Positions 16,201-26,019 of a stretch of DNA of 64,000 nucleotides are shown here, one piece after another; the stretch's first letter is position 1; the number at the start of each line of letters is the position of its first letter. The stretch lies in IMG/VR virus record IMGVR_UViG_3300012352_000177. One strand, given 5' to 3'. The notes beneath the pieces are model-generated. The model did no database searches, was not told where the DNA came from, and saw only the letters and a program-made list of their open reading frames with translations. The position numbers and the translations under genes are program-made. Source of the stretch: an uncultured virus (IMG/VR IMGVR_UViG_3300012352_000177). Taxonomy: Duplodnaviria; Heunggongvirae; Uroviricota; Caudoviricetes; Crassvirales.

Positions 16201-17446
16201 AATTATAGCAAACGACACGCAGTTCATCGGAATTGCACCAAACATTGACTTAAATGGAAAGAAGTCAGCATTATTAAATGCTCAGACTGAGCCGGTAACG
16301 ATGCAAGATATCATTGACACAACAGGGTCAGGTACACCGGGACCTCAAGGGGTTCAGGGTCCTGTAGGCCCGGCAGGTCCTGTAGGTCCTGTAGGCCCGG
16401 CAGGTTTAGAATGGCAAGGATCATGGGCATCAGGTACGTCTTACGTAGCAGATGATGCAGTTGGATTTGGTGGTGCATCATACTTCTGTATTTTAGCTAC
16501 ATCAGGTACAACAGCTCCTAACTTAGACACTACACATTGGGCACTTTTAGCATCTCAAGGTGCAACAGGTGCAACAGGACCTGCAGGTGCTCAAGGGCCA
16601 ACAGGTGCAACAGGTCCGGGTGTTCCTTTCTATCTTCAGTCAAACCCAACTAACTTCACTATTTGGAATAATGGAAGTGGAGATTACTCTGATAATACTG
16701 CATTTGGAGAGTATGCTTTAAGCGTAAATGACAGCGGAAACTACAATACAGCATATGGGACTGATTCATTAAGATTTAATTTTGACGGTAACCAAAATAC
16801 AGCAATAGGAAGAGCTGCTTTAAGAGCTAATACAACAGGAAATAACAATACAGCAGTTGGATATAATTCTTTACCTGTATCAACAACTTCGGGTGGAAAC
16901 GTAGCTTTAGGTTCATTTTCATTATATGGTAATGAAACAGGTAACCAAAACACTGCTATCGGTGCATCTACATTAGTAGAAAATGTTGTTGGGGAAGGAA
17001 ACGTAGCTGTAGGTAGTGCTGCATTAAGTTATGCTACATCAAATAGTAATACAGCAGTTGGTACAGAGGCAGGTCAATTGATTAGTTCAGGTCAAGGAAA
17101 TTCTTTACTTGGGGCATATTCAGGTTCAGCACTTGAAACAGGAACAGGAAATGTTGTTATCGGTAGAAATTCTAATGTCTATAGTTCAGGGACAAACTTT
17201 AGTATTTCAATTGGTGAAGGAGCTAAGTCTGAATCATATTCTATTGCCATTGGTTCACTTGCTTCATCAGGAGGTTATTCATATTGTGTTTCATTAGGAA
17301 CAGGTGCAACTGCAACTGCAAATAATCAGTTTGTAGTTGGTAGCACTGCACAAAATGTTGGAGCTGTAACAACAGAGTCATTAACAAGTACTAAGACTTG
17401 GTCAGTTGTAATTAACGGAGTAGCACATAAAATCTTGTTAGCGTAA
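16196..17446 (+). CDS. collagen-like tail fibre
   Basis: two Gly-X-Y tracts, a CBM-like WxSGTSY segment and NTAxG repeats. Confidence 0.8.
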   Translation: MAIIANDTQFIGIAPNIDLNGKKSALLNAQTEPVTMQDIIDTTGSGTPGPQGVQGPVGPAGPVGPVGPAGLEWQGSWASGTSYVADDAVGFGGASYFCILATSGTTAPNLDTTHWALLASQGATGATGPAGAQGPTGATGPGVPFYLQSNPTNFTIWNNGSGDYSDNTAFGEYALSVNDSGNYNTAYGTDSLRFNFDGNQNTAIGRAALRANTTGNNNTAVGYNSLPVSTTSGGNVALGSFSLYGNETGNQNTAIGASTLVENVVGEGNVAVGSAALSYATSNSNTAVGTEAGQLISSGQGNSLLGAYSGSALETGTGNVVIGRNSNVYSSGTNFSISIGEGAKSESYSIAIGSLASSGGYSYCVSLGTGATATANNQFVVGSTAQNVGAVTTESLTSTKTWSVVINGVAHKILLA

Positions 17447-17595
17447 TGACAAAGGAAGAAGCAATTAAAGTTTTAGAGCAAGCATTAAACGCTGCAAACT
17501 TAAAAGGGGTATTTACTTTAAACGATGCATCAGCAATTATACGAGCATTAAATAAGGTAAATGAGCTTATTGAGCTAATACCTTCAGAGGATTAA
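17446..17595 (+). CDS. small helical protein (49 aa), possible fibre accessory
   Basis: manual translation MTKEEAIKVLEQALNAANLKGVF; TAATG coupling. Confidence 0.6.
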   Translation: MTKEEAIKVLEQALNAANLKGVFTLNDASAIIRALNKVNELIELIPSED

Positions 17596-17601
17596 ATAAA
17601 G

Positions 17602-17673
17602 AGCCACCTAATCGGTGGCTTTTTTGTTTTAAAATATTGCTTATCTTTGTCTTATTAATTTATAAGACATGGC
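17602..17673 (+). repeat. terminator-promoter-start block, copy 2
   Basis: AGCCACCTAATCGGTGGCTTTTTTGTTTTAAAATA..TATCTTTG..AAGACATGGC. Confidence 0.8.
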
Positions 17674-18142
17674 AAATTATCAAAAGTTGCAGGTTGGAAC
17701 TGCATTAAATATATTCAAGTCCGACAATGCAAACATTCCTTTTCCAAGTATAATTGCAACAGGATCAAGTGCTGCTGTAAGTGCTAACCAACTTGAGGAT
17801 GTAACAGGTCAGTTTGTTACATTAAATGTTCAGACCGGAGATGTTGTATATAATAACACAACAGGACTAGTTGCAACAGTAACAAGAGTACTTGATGAGG
17901 AAAACCTATTACTAAATGCTGATATCTTTTTGGCATCAGGTAACTCATTTACTATCTACACTCAGAACAATAAAGAGGCTTGTGTCCTATACGTTGGTAC
18001 AGGTGGAAACTTACGTGTTCTTACAGCAAGTGGACAGGATGTTACATTTGCAAATACAGTAGGTGGAACATTTTTACCTGTTCAGGTATTAAAAGTATTT
18101 AGTACAGGAACAGCTGCATCGAATCTTGTAGCACTTTGGTAA
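17669..18142 (+). CDS. virion structural protein (spike-base-like C-terminus)
   Basis: LYVGTGGNLRV...GTFLPVQVLKVFSTGTAASNLVALW. Confidence 0.75.
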   Translation: MANYQKLQVGTALNIFKSDNANIPFPSIIATGSSAAVSANQLEDVTGQFVTLNVQTGDVVYNNTTGLVATVTRVLDEENLLLNADIFLASGNSFTIYTQNNKEACVLYVGTGGNLRVLTASGQDVTFANTVGGTFLPVQVLKVFSTGTAASNLVALW

Positions 18143-18143
18143 T

Positions 18144-18293
18144 ATGATAAACGGAATACAGATATCTATTCAGGCGGCAGTTGACGGTAAGCATATCGTA
18201 TCAACTGTTCCTCCCGTACCAACAACAGTGAGGATTGCTGATGATGGTGTATATCGTATTACAGATGACAACGAATATAGAATAATTGATTAA
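18144..18293 (+). CDS. small virion-associated protein (49 aa)
   Basis: manual translation ending RIADDGVYRITDDNEYRIID. Confidence 0.6.
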   Translation: MINGIQISIQAAVDGKHIVSTVPPVPTTVRIADDGVYRITDDNEYRIID

Positions 18294-18295
18294 CT

Positions 18296-19597
18296 ATGAG
18301 CTATAAGATAATAGACCTACCTGCGTTAGGCAGATCATTTAACGCAACAGATATCATCGAGGTATCAGCTGATGGCACAGGAAGCTACAAGGCAAACATC
18401 GGTAACTTTACACTTGGTGGAGAGAACTACATCTTTGTTAATGCAAATGGTACACCTATTGAAAATGGGCAAGCTGTTAGAGATGCTTATACTGCTGCAC
18501 AGGCAATGACACCTAATGGTGTGGCTAAGTCAGCAACTAACCGAGTTGTTATCTTACTATCTCCGGGATACTATGACTTTGATGAGGGTACTCTCGGTGA
18601 CTTTAATATTAACCAATCATTTATTGACTTTGAGTCATTAAGTGGAGTTGCTGATGTGTACTTCTCAAGTATGAACATTTTTAGTACGGGTACAGGTAAA
18701 AACATTCGTATATCAGGGATTGATACTACAAAAAATAGTTATCTTTCAACAGGTCCATTTGCTCTATACACAACAGGTGGTATAGATGAAAACATTTATA
18801 TTAAAGACTGTATTGGAGGCAATTACTCATTTGGTGCATTTTCATCAGGTTTTGTTGGAACTATTGATACTTGTGTAGCAGGTAATTACTCATTTGGATA
18901 TACAGCTGATGTATCTCCTATAGGTATGTATGCCGTTGGTACTAATCCTACACTGTATGGTACATACAAGAATTGTATAGGAGGAAACTACTGTTTCTTA
19001 TCATCTCAAGCATTAGCAGGTGGAACAGGCCAAGTAACTAATTTTGGTACTATCGATAACTGTATAGCAGGTAGTAACTCTTTTGTTTACGCAATAGGAG
19101 ATGTTGTTTTTAACAATGGTACTATATCAAATTGCAATAGTATAGGTACTAAAAGCTTTTGTGTATCAGAAAGCCCTTTTGGTGGTGTAGACCAAGGTGG
19201 ATTAATATTTAATTGCAGAGGAAGGAGTTTTTCTTTTGTTGCATCATATAATATGGGAAATGCAACTAATAGTGGCAGTATTATAGATTGTTATTCATCA
19301 CAAAGTAATTGTTTTTGTGTTAATATAGACAACCCAAGTTTCGCCATAAATTACGGTACTATGTCTAGTTGTACTGCAACTAATTCTACGCAAACATTTT
19401 GTGGTAGTGTAGGAACAAACTATGGATTTATAAATAATTGTATTGCTTCTTCTTTTTCATTTTGTTGTGACAACCCAAGTGGTATTAACAGTGATATTTA
19501 TAGATGTACTATGAGTAACGATACATTTACAGTAGCAGCTACAGGTGGTGGAAGAGTAGTATTAGGAATTGACACTACAGGTGTTGTAAACTATTAA
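18296..19597 (+). CDS. beta-helix-like Cys-rich tail protein
   Basis: repeated (N/D)CxxGxxSF units; KIIDLP N-terminus. Confidence 0.7.
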   Translation: MSYKIIDLPALGRSFNATDIIEVSADGTGSYKANIGNFTLGGENYIFVNANGTPIENGQAVRDAYTAAQAMTPNGVAKSATNRVVILLSPGYYDFDEGTLGDFNINQSFIDFESLSGVADVYFSSMNIFSTGTGKNIRISGIDTTKNSYLSTGPFALYTTGGIDENIYIKDCIGGNYSFGAFSSGFVGTIDTCVAGNYSFGYTADVSPIGMYAVGTNPTLYGTYKNCIGGNYCFLSSQALAGGTGQVTNFGTIDNCIAGSNSFVYAIGDVVFNNGTISNCNSIGTKSFCVSESPFGGVDQGGLIFNCRGRSFSFVASYNMGNATNSGSIIDCYSSQSNCFCVNIDNPSFAINYGTMSSCTATNSTQTFCGSVGTNYGFINNCIASSFSFCCDNPSGINSDIYRCTMSNDTFTVAATGGGRVVLGIDTTGVVNY

Positions 19598-19599
19598 TT

Positions 19600-19929
19600 A
19601 TGAAACAGTATAAAGCAATAAACGAGAGCAGTTGGGTAGAGATTCCTCATCTTATCCTAACAGATGAAGAGATTCATACATTAAATAAAGGAACTGAGGA
19701 AGAGAAAGCTGCATTAAGAGAAGACATGAAGGTTCGCAGTACTCCTATCGAGGTTCCTGTAGAGGAGCTTGTTGATGTATTAGCTATCTATGATGAGTAC
19801 AAGCCTGAGCTACAAGAAGGTGATGTATATGACCTAATATCATTTTATATTGTTCTTATGGGAGAAGAAAGAATGGGAGCTTATAACTATAAGCTAAATA
19901 AGAATATTGTAAACGTAATACTTAAGTAA
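19600..19929 (+). CDS. hypothetical protein
   Basis: acidic, 109 aa, in operon. Confidence 0.6.
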   Translation: MKQYKAINESSWVEIPHLILTDEEIHTLNKGTEEEKAALREDMKVRSTPIEVPVEELVDVLAIYDEYKPELQEGDVYDLISFYIVLMGEERMGAYNYKLNKNIVNVILK

Positions 19930-19930
19930 G

Positions 19931-20530
19931 ATGGCTGTAGATTTAAACATAACAGGACAATATAAAGTAAATGGAGTTGCTATTGGCAGTGGATTAAAAG
20001 GATTACATAGAATAACTCAATATTTTAGTCAACTAACACAAGGAGTTTCAGCACAATTAAATTCATCTTCTGTTGGAAGTTGTCCAATGGGTACAAATAT
20101 AATGTATGCTTATCCTTTTATACCAAATAAAGATATAACATCAGGAGCATTGAAAATTAATGTTACTACATTAGGCGCAGGTGTTAATTGTCGCATTTTA
20201 ATATATAGTGATAATAACGGAGCTCCGGGTACTAAACTTTATGAGAGTGCAAATCTTGACTGCTCTACAACAGGTATAAAGAGTGCTGTTACATCGTTTG
20301 TATTTAATTCAGGTACAGTTTATTGGCTTTGTGTTCAGTCAAGTGGTGCTACAACTTTAACAGGAATTACACCTTCTGCGTTAGTTCCATTATTTATGAC
20401 ATCAACATTTACAGGGGTGCCTATAGTATCATTAGTTAACAATTCAATATATGGTTCTGCTCCTGCAAATTATGTAATTAATAATTTATCAAATCAAGCA
20501 GTTCCAACAGTAGGAATTTATTTATCTTAA
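19931..20530 (+). CDS. virion beta-sandwich protein
   Basis: ILIYSDNNGAPGTKL...GTVYWL. Confidence 0.65.
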   Translation: MAVDLNITGQYKVNGVAIGSGLKGLHRITQYFSQLTQGVSAQLNSSSVGSCPMGTNIMYAYPFIPNKDITSGALKINVTTLGAGVNCRILIYSDNNGAPGTKLYESANLDCSTTGIKSAVTSFVFNSGTVYWLCVQSSGATTLTGITPSALVPLFMTSTFTGVPIVSLVNNSIYGSAPANYVINNLSNQAVPTVGIYLS

Positions 20531-20534
20531 TATT

Positions 20535-20690
20535 ATGCCACAAATTAGAGAAGAAATTTACGATGACAACGGATTAGTAGAAGTTGTATTTCACGAAGTA
20601 GACGAACCTACTCAGGAAGAATTAATTGCACAAAAAGAAGCAGAACTTCTTGCAATGTATAATGAGTTGAAAGCACTAAAAGGTGAGTAA
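20535..20690 (+). CDS. small acidic protein (51 aa)
   Basis: manual translation MPQIREEIYDDNGLVEV. Confidence 0.6.
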   Translation: MPQIREEIYDDNGLVEVVFHEVDEPTQEELIAQKEAELLAMYNELKALKGE

Positions 20691-20827
20691 TGGCAAAGGT
20701 TCAGTCGTCAACATCGTTTTCAGCTAAGCCTAAGGCAGTGCGACCGGGCGTTCATTCAAAAAGCAAAACATCAAAGATCAAGACATCTAAGCTTTATAAA
20801 AAAAGATACAGGGGGCAAGGGAAATGA
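20690..20827 (+). CDS. small basic protein ending YRGQGK (45 aa)
   Basis: manual translation RPGVHSKSK...KRYRGQGK; coupled at both ends. Confidence 0.7.
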   Translation: MAKVQSSTSFSAKPKAVRPGVHSKSKTSKIKTSKLYKKRYRGQGK

Positions 20828-21318
20828 AAGAAAAAATAACTATATTCTTAGTAGCGTTGACATCTTTATTGGCACCGGTAGAGCTATCGGTAATCTGTTT
20901 AATGGGAATTATCTTTATAGATACCATTGTAAAGTTAATCTCATTAAAGTATATTGCTAAGAGAGAGAAAAGAAAGTACAGAGATGTGTTTCAGTCAAAG
21001 ATGCTTAGACGTGGTTATATATTCAAGTCACTTGGTTATGCGTTATTAGTAGTGCCATTGTTGCCACTTGACTACTACGTGTTGACTCCATTCGTGTCAT
21101 CTATCCTTAAGGCACTAGAGTACGACATCGTATTAAATAAAGCGGTGTTTACAAACGGTATATTGATCATCTTCTCAATCATTGAGCTTGCATCAATTAA
21201 CGAGAATTGGTTTGACATCTCAGGTAATAACGTACTAAGTGGGGTTTGGGTTACAGTTAAAAAGATTCGTAGAGCTGCAGAGGGTGTAGCTGAGACGTAT
21301 AGAAATATTAAAAAATAG
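20824..21318 (+). CDS. holin-like membrane protein
   Basis: several TM segments, IELASINEN motif; directly before the endolysin. Confidence 0.7.
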   Translation: MKEKITIFLVALTSLLAPVELSVICLMGIIFIDTIVKLISLKYIAKREKRKYRDVFQSKMLRRGYIFKSLGYALLVVPLLPLDYYVLTPFVSSILKALEYDIVLNKAVFTNGILIIFSIIELASINENWFDISGNNVLSGVWVTVKKIRRAAEGVAETYRNIKK

Positions 21319-21321
21319 ATT

Positions 21322-21999
21322 ATGAAACTTCCATCTAACATCAAGCAGGTTCCTATGAAGGAATCTCAGTACATTAAAACTGAGACGAAGAAGAGCATGA
21401 TTGTGTTACACCACACGGCAGGAAACAGCTCAGGTGTAGGTACAATTAAGATGTGGGACAATGATGACAGAGGTCGCATTGCAACCTGTGTAGTTATATC
21501 AGGGAAGGGACAATCAAAGGATACATTTGACGGAGAGATCTGTCAAGCATTTAGCTCAAAGTATTGGGGATATCACTTAGGTCTTAAGCAAGACATCTTT
21601 AGAGCAAAAGGAGTTCCTTACAAATCAATTGATCCAATGTGCGTAGCTGTTGAGATATGCAATTGGGGACCATTGACTAAGAAGGGTGATAAGTTCTATA
21701 ACTACGTTAGTAGAGAGGTTCCTATCGATCAAGTATGTGAGCTAGAGAAACCATACAAAGGACGCAAGTATTACCATGCATACACAGACGCACAGATCGA
21801 ATCTCTGAGACAATTGATGTTGTATTGGGCAGAACTATATAAAATCGATCTAACGTACCGTGATGAGGATATGTGGGATATATCAGTGAGAGGATTAAAG
21901 GGGGAGAATGGTGTATATAGCCACAACTCATTCCGTAAGGATAAGTCTGATATCTATCCTTGCCCACGAATGATTGCTATGTTAAAGTCATTGAAATGA
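21322..21999 (+). CDS. endolysin, N-acetylmuramoyl-L-alanine amidase (Amidase_2)
   Basis: IVLHHTAG, VEICNWG, YTDAQIESL and SHNSFRKDKSDIYP. Confidence 0.9.
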   Translation: MKLPSNIKQVPMKESQYIKTETKKSMIVLHHTAGNSSGVGTIKMWDNDDRGRIATCVVISGKGQSKDTFDGEICQAFSSKYWGYHLGLKQDIFRAKGVPYKSIDPMCVAVEICNWGPLTKKGDKFYNYVSREVPIDQVCELEKPYKGRKYYHAYTDAQIESLRQLMLYWAELYKIDLTYRDEDMWDISVRGLKGENGVYSHNSFRKDKSDIYPCPRMIAMLKSLK

Positions 22000-22280
22000 G
22001 AAACAAGTTAGCAGGAACTAAGAAGGGAACCTCAAAGACCGCTAAGTACTACCATGATAATCCGGAGGCACGTAAGAAGAAGTTATCTTACGATACAAAG
22101 TATCAGGATACAGAGGATAGAAAGAAGTACAGAGCTAATCTTCAGAGAATAAATAGAGAGAATGGTACTCATGGTAATGGGGACGGAAAGGATGTAGCTC
22201 ATATATCAAAGACTAAGACAAGGATGCAGACTCAGTCTAAAAACCGAGCAGATAAGAAACGCTCATTTTTCAAGTCATGA
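21996..22280 (+). CDS. basic HNH-like protein
   Basis: GDGKDVAH...SKNR; ATGA overlap (start re-placed). Confidence 0.55.
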   Translation: MRNKLAGTKKGTSKTAKYYHDNPEARKKKLSYDTKYQDTEDRKKYRANLQRINRENGTHGNGDGKDVAHISKTKTRMQTQSKNRADKKRSFFKS

Positions 22281-22765
22281 AACAAATTGCACTTATTTTT
22301 ATTACATTGCACCTATTATTTGCGTGTTCTTTAAACTATCACCTTAATAAGGCTATTAAGAAGGGATATAAGTGCGAGGAGGTATCTGACACAATTAGGA
22401 TTACTTCGGTTGATTCTTTTCCGGTGATCGTAAACAATGAAATTATTTGGGAGAAGGTGATAGTTCAAAAAGATACAATCATTCTTAATAAGACTTCCTA
22501 TGTGCCTAAGACAAGGCTTCAATATAGATTTGATAACAGAAGATTTAATGACAGCTTAAAGGCTGTAAAAAAGATGTATTCTGACAGCTTAGAAGCTGAC
22601 AACTATAATAAAAAACAAGAAACTAAGCAAGTAAAGTACCAAAATAAGTACATCACAAAGTACAAGATACGTTGGGGACTTGTTATCATAGCATTCATAT
22701 TGGGATTTATATTAAGGTCTTTATTAAGCCAAACATTGAAATTTTATTTAAATAAGTTTTTATGA
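22277..22765 (+). CDS. unimolecular spanin candidate
   Basis: N-terminal lipobox LFAC plus C-terminal TM WGLVIIAFILGFIL; in lysis cluster. Confidence 0.6.
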   Translation: MKQIALIFITLHLLFACSLNYHLNKAIKKGYKCEEVSDTIRITSVDSFPVIVNNEIIWEKVIVQKDTIILNKTSYVPKTRLQYRFDNRRFNDSLKAVKKMYSDSLEADNYNKKQETKQVKYQNKYITKYKIRWGLVIIAFILGFILRSLLSQTLKFYLNKFL

Positions 22766-23859
22766 GTAAAAACAAAGGTGGCCGTCCTGTAGTAAGCAAG
22801 GGCGTTCCTAGAGTGCGGCTAAGTCCGCAGGAGTTTGACTTGATCAAACAGTACAGAGCGATTAAGGACAAGTCTAATGAGATGGGTCTAGATGAAAACG
22901 ATGTCAAGCATGGTTGGATTAAGACAAAAGACGCATCACTATTCTTTGCTAATCCTTCTTTTAACCACGGTAAAGAACTTGACTTTGACTTTGAGAAGAT
23001 ACTTGAGAATGCTCCCAAACTAAACATAGAGAAAGTAAAGAGAAAGGTTTACGAAGGTGAGTTTGATAAGCTAGTCTTTACAGATGTGCATATAGGTATG
23101 GATGCTAGCGATAAGGGTCGTAGCCTATACCCAACAGAGTGGAACGAGGACATACTATTCGAAAGATTGGAGAAGATGATCTCGTACACGCTAGCTAATC
23201 AAAAGAGCAACGTGCTTTACCTTCTTGACTTAGGCGATTACCTAGATGGGTTTAACGGTCAGACTACACGTGGTGGTCACGCACTACCTCAGAACATGAG
23301 TAATCAAAAAGCATTTGACGTAGGGTTCACATTTAAGGCGATGCTAATAACACACCTATCACCATTCTACGATACCATACACGTGCGTAATATCTGTAAC
23401 GATAACCACAGTGGAGACTTCTCTTACTTTGTAAATCAGTTCTTTAAAAAGTACATCGAAAGAGACCTAAAGAATGTCAAGGTAACTAATCAGACGCGAT
23501 TTATTGATCACGAAGTAATAGGTAATAAATGTTTCGTAACGACACACGGAAAGGACACTCATAACTTAAAGTTCGGTTTTAAGCCGAAGATTGACCCCGG
23601 ACAAATCAATAGAATACTAGGCTATTTAAACACGAACCAACTATTAAACAAAGGATACGAGATAATCTTTGAGAAGGGTGACAGCCACTTGTATCTATTT
23701 GACTCGTCAAGCTCTGACGTATTTAAGTACTACAACTACCCTGCATTTAGTCCCTCAAGCAATTGGGTGGCTATGAACTTTCAACTAGGAAAGAGTGGGT
23801 TCATACACTTCAACTATGGTATAGATCAGAAGAGTATTAATGAATACTTCTTTAAATGA
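22762..23859 (+). CDS. calcineurin-like metallophosphoesterase
   Basis: TDVHIG, LGDYLDG, NDNH, THG and GDSH motifs. Confidence 0.8.
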   Translation: MSKNKGGRPVVSKGVPRVRLSPQEFDLIKQYRAIKDKSNEMGLDENDVKHGWIKTKDASLFFANPSFNHGKELDFDFEKILENAPKLNIEKVKRKVYEGEFDKLVFTDVHIGMDASDKGRSLYPTEWNEDILFERLEKMISYTLANQKSNVLYLLDLGDYLDGFNGQTTRGGHALPQNMSNQKAFDVGFTFKAMLITHLSPFYDTIHVRNICNDNHSGDFSYFVNQFFKKYIERDLKNVKVTNQTRFIDHEVIGNKCFVTTHGKDTHNLKFGFKPKIDPGQINRILGYLNTNQLLNKGYEIIFEKGDSHLYLFDSSSSDVFKYYNYPAFSPSSNWVAMNFQLGKSGFIHFNYGIDQKSINEYFFK

Positions 23860-23880
23860 AAATCGTTATCTAATAAATTG

Positions 23881-23888
23881 TATCTTTG
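23881..23888 (+). promoter_or_regulatory. sigmaA -7 box TATCTTTG
   Basis: heads the packaging operon. Confidence 0.7.
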
Positions 23889-23908
23889 TAAAAATTAAAT
23901 AAAATAAA

Positions 23909-24178
23909 ATGAAAGTAATGAAAGGAAAACACCACATGGTGGCAGATGTTAAGAAGTTAACACAAGAAGAGTTGGATACAATCCAACAAATGAATTCAGA
24001 CTTCACTAAGGCTAAGATCTCTTTAGGAGACCTTGAGTTAGAGAAGTATGCGTTGTTACAGAGAATTGAACACTTAAAGATGGCGTTCGCAGAGAATGAA
24101 AAGCTCTTGATCGTTAAGTATGGTGAAAATTCTGTAATCAACATTAAAACAGGAGAAGTAACAGAGAAAAAAGATTAA
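23909..24178 (+). CDS. small coiled-coil protein
   Basis: KYGENSVINIKTGEV C-terminus. Confidence 0.7.
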   Translation: MKVMKGKHHMVADVKKLTQEELDTIQQMNSDFTKAKISLGDLELEKYALLQRIEHLKMAFAENEKLLIVKYGENSVINIKTGEVTEKKD

Positions 24179-24180
24179 AG

Positions 24181-24945
24181 ATGAAAATTAGTTCATACGC
24201 AGTATTATCGAATCCTCAATTAGGAGACAAGTTAATTGGTACAGATGTAAATAACATGGATGTCACCAAGAACTTTACAATTAGTGATGTTCTTGATCTT
24301 GGTACAACATATTATCAAGGTGACTTTGTTCCATACACGGGAGCAACAGGAGCTGTAGTATTGGGATCAAACCCTATCACTGCAAACCAATTTATTAAAC
24401 TTGGTGGTACATCATCTCAGTTCTTAAAGGCTGATGGTACCGTAGATAGTAACTCGTATTTAACTGCAAATAATTTTCAATTCACTCAGGTTCTAAACGG
24501 ATTCTCAACAGTTGCCCAAGCTCCATCAGCTACTAACACACCTGTAATTATATCTTTCGGATCAGCTCAAGGAAGTCCTTCAGCTGACGTTGAGCTACTA
24601 TCAGGTGGTAAGATTATATTTAATAGAGCAGGTGCGTATATTGTAAATGGATACGGAAATGTTGAGCGTCAAGGTTCATCAGGTGGAACAGCTGTATTGT
24701 TATTCCGTGCAGTTTTAAATGGAACTCAGATATCTACAACTAAAGGGTTTCATTTAGATACTCCTGACTTGCCTGATCCATATGAGATTACAATTCCATT
24801 TCAAGCAAATGCAGGAGATGTACTTGAGTTTCAGATTATGCGTGACTCATCAGGAGTAAATGCAGGTGGAGTTTATCCTCATACAAATTTAGGTGGTTGG
24901 CCTAACGTGCCATCTACTCAAATACAAATTTGGAAAGTTAACTAA
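24181..24945 (+). CDS. virion protein with BclA/C1q-like C-terminal domain
   Basis: MKISSY...DKLIGTD...TKNF; FNRAGAYIV...AGDVLEFQI. Confidence 0.65.
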   Translation: MKISSYAVLSNPQLGDKLIGTDVNNMDVTKNFTISDVLDLGTTYYQGDFVPYTGATGAVVLGSNPITANQFIKLGGTSSQFLKADGTVDSNSYLTANNFQFTQVLNGFSTVAQAPSATNTPVIISFGSAQGSPSADVELLSGGKIIFNRAGAYIVNGYGNVERQGSSGGTAVLLFRAVLNGTQISTTKGFHLDTPDLPDPYEITIPFQANAGDVLEFQIMRDSSGVNAGGVYPHTNLGGWPNVPSTQIQIWKVN

Positions 24946-25172
24946 TGGAAATTAGAAAGATATCAATTGGTCCTGACTACAAAGGTGGTGCGATGCACTA
25001 CCTTGTAGGTCAGAGAGTATGCGGTGATTCGAATGAGATTCATTTGATCAGAAGAGACTCAATGACTAATTCTATCAAGATCTTTATCATTAACGAAAAG
25101 GAAGAGGTTGTGCTTTGGAAAGAGTTCAATCACACAATTCCTGTTGCAATTGAATATAATATAAATTTTTAA
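24945..25172 (+). CDS. conserved hypothetical phage protein
   Basis: IRKISIGPDYK..AMHY.VGQ...WKEFN. Confidence 0.75.
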   Translation: MEIRKISIGPDYKGGAMHYLVGQRVCGDSNEIHLIRRDSMTNSIKIFIINEKEEVVLWKEFNHTIPVAIEYNINF

Positions 25173-25735
25173 TGAAATCTCCATTCTACTTTATTGCAAA
25201 GCCAATGAAGGGGAAAAGATACGACAACACTAAGGAGATAGGCGGAATAGAGCTTATCACTAGTACATCAGAAGAGGACCACAAGTTCTCTAATCGTTTT
25301 GCTGAAGTTGTTGAAACTCCTTTAGGCTATGAGGGACCTATCACAGTTGGTGATACCCTAATTGTACATCACAATGTATTCAAGTTCTATAACGACATGA
25401 AGGGTCGTCAGAAAAGCGGTAAGAGCTTTTTCCGTGATGATATATTCTTTGTTGATACAGAGCAGTTCTATATGTATAAGCATGACGATAAGTGGTATGC
25501 TGTAGATAGATACTGTTTCGTTAGACCAATCCCTGCTATAGAGACTTACATCAAGAAGCCATTTACAGAGGAGCCACTTATGGGGCAGATGGTATACCCA
25601 AACGATTACTTAGTTAGTCAAGGCGTAAAGCCGGGAGACTACGTATGCTTTAAGCCGGACAGTGAGTACGAGTTTACAGTTGACGGAGAGAAGATGTATA
25701 GGATGTTTGATCATCAAATAACAATTATCTTATGA
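25172..25735 (+). CDS. tandem two-domain GroES-like protein
   Basis: domain 1 EIGGIEL...AEVVETP...ITVGDTLIV; domain 2 GVKPGDYVCF...EFTVDGEKMYRM. Confidence 0.6.
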   Translation: MKSPFYFIAKPMKGKRYDNTKEIGGIELITSTSEEDHKFSNRFAEVVETPLGYEGPITVGDTLIVHHNVFKFYNDMKGRQKSGKSFFRDDIFFVDTEQFYMYKHDDKWYAVDRYCFVRPIPAIETYIKKPFTEEPLMGQMVYPNDYLVSQGVKPGDYVCFKPDSEYEFTVDGEKMYRMFDHQITIIL

Positions 25736-26019
25736 AGAATACAAAAGAGATAAAGCTTAGGATTATTGAGGCAGGTGAGTATGCTGTAGAGCAACTGATT
25801 AAGGTTGCTAAGGAGCAGATTATTAAGCTTGATTCAGAGGATGACTTAGCTGCAGATAGATTAAAGAATGCCGCTGCTACCAAAAAATTAGCTATATTCG
25901 ATGCATTCGAGATACTTAGCCGTATAGAGATGGAGAGAGAGAACATTGAGATAATGGAGCATGGCCCATCAAAAACAGATACAAAACAAGGATTTGCAGA
26001 ACGTAGAGCAGGAAAATAA
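25732..26019 (+). CDS. probable terminase small subunit
   Basis: small helical protein directly upstream of and overlapping terL. Confidence 0.5.
   Translation: MKNTKEIKLRIIEAGEYAVEQLIKVAKEQIIKLDSEDDLAADRLKNAAATKKLAIFDAFEILSRIEMERENIEIMEHGPSKTDTKQGFAERRAGK

Noticed and set aside
14016..19597. Diversity-generating retroelement or invertible fibre switch
   Set aside because: No reverse transcriptase, invertase, adenine-specific repeat pair or inverted fibre segments seen
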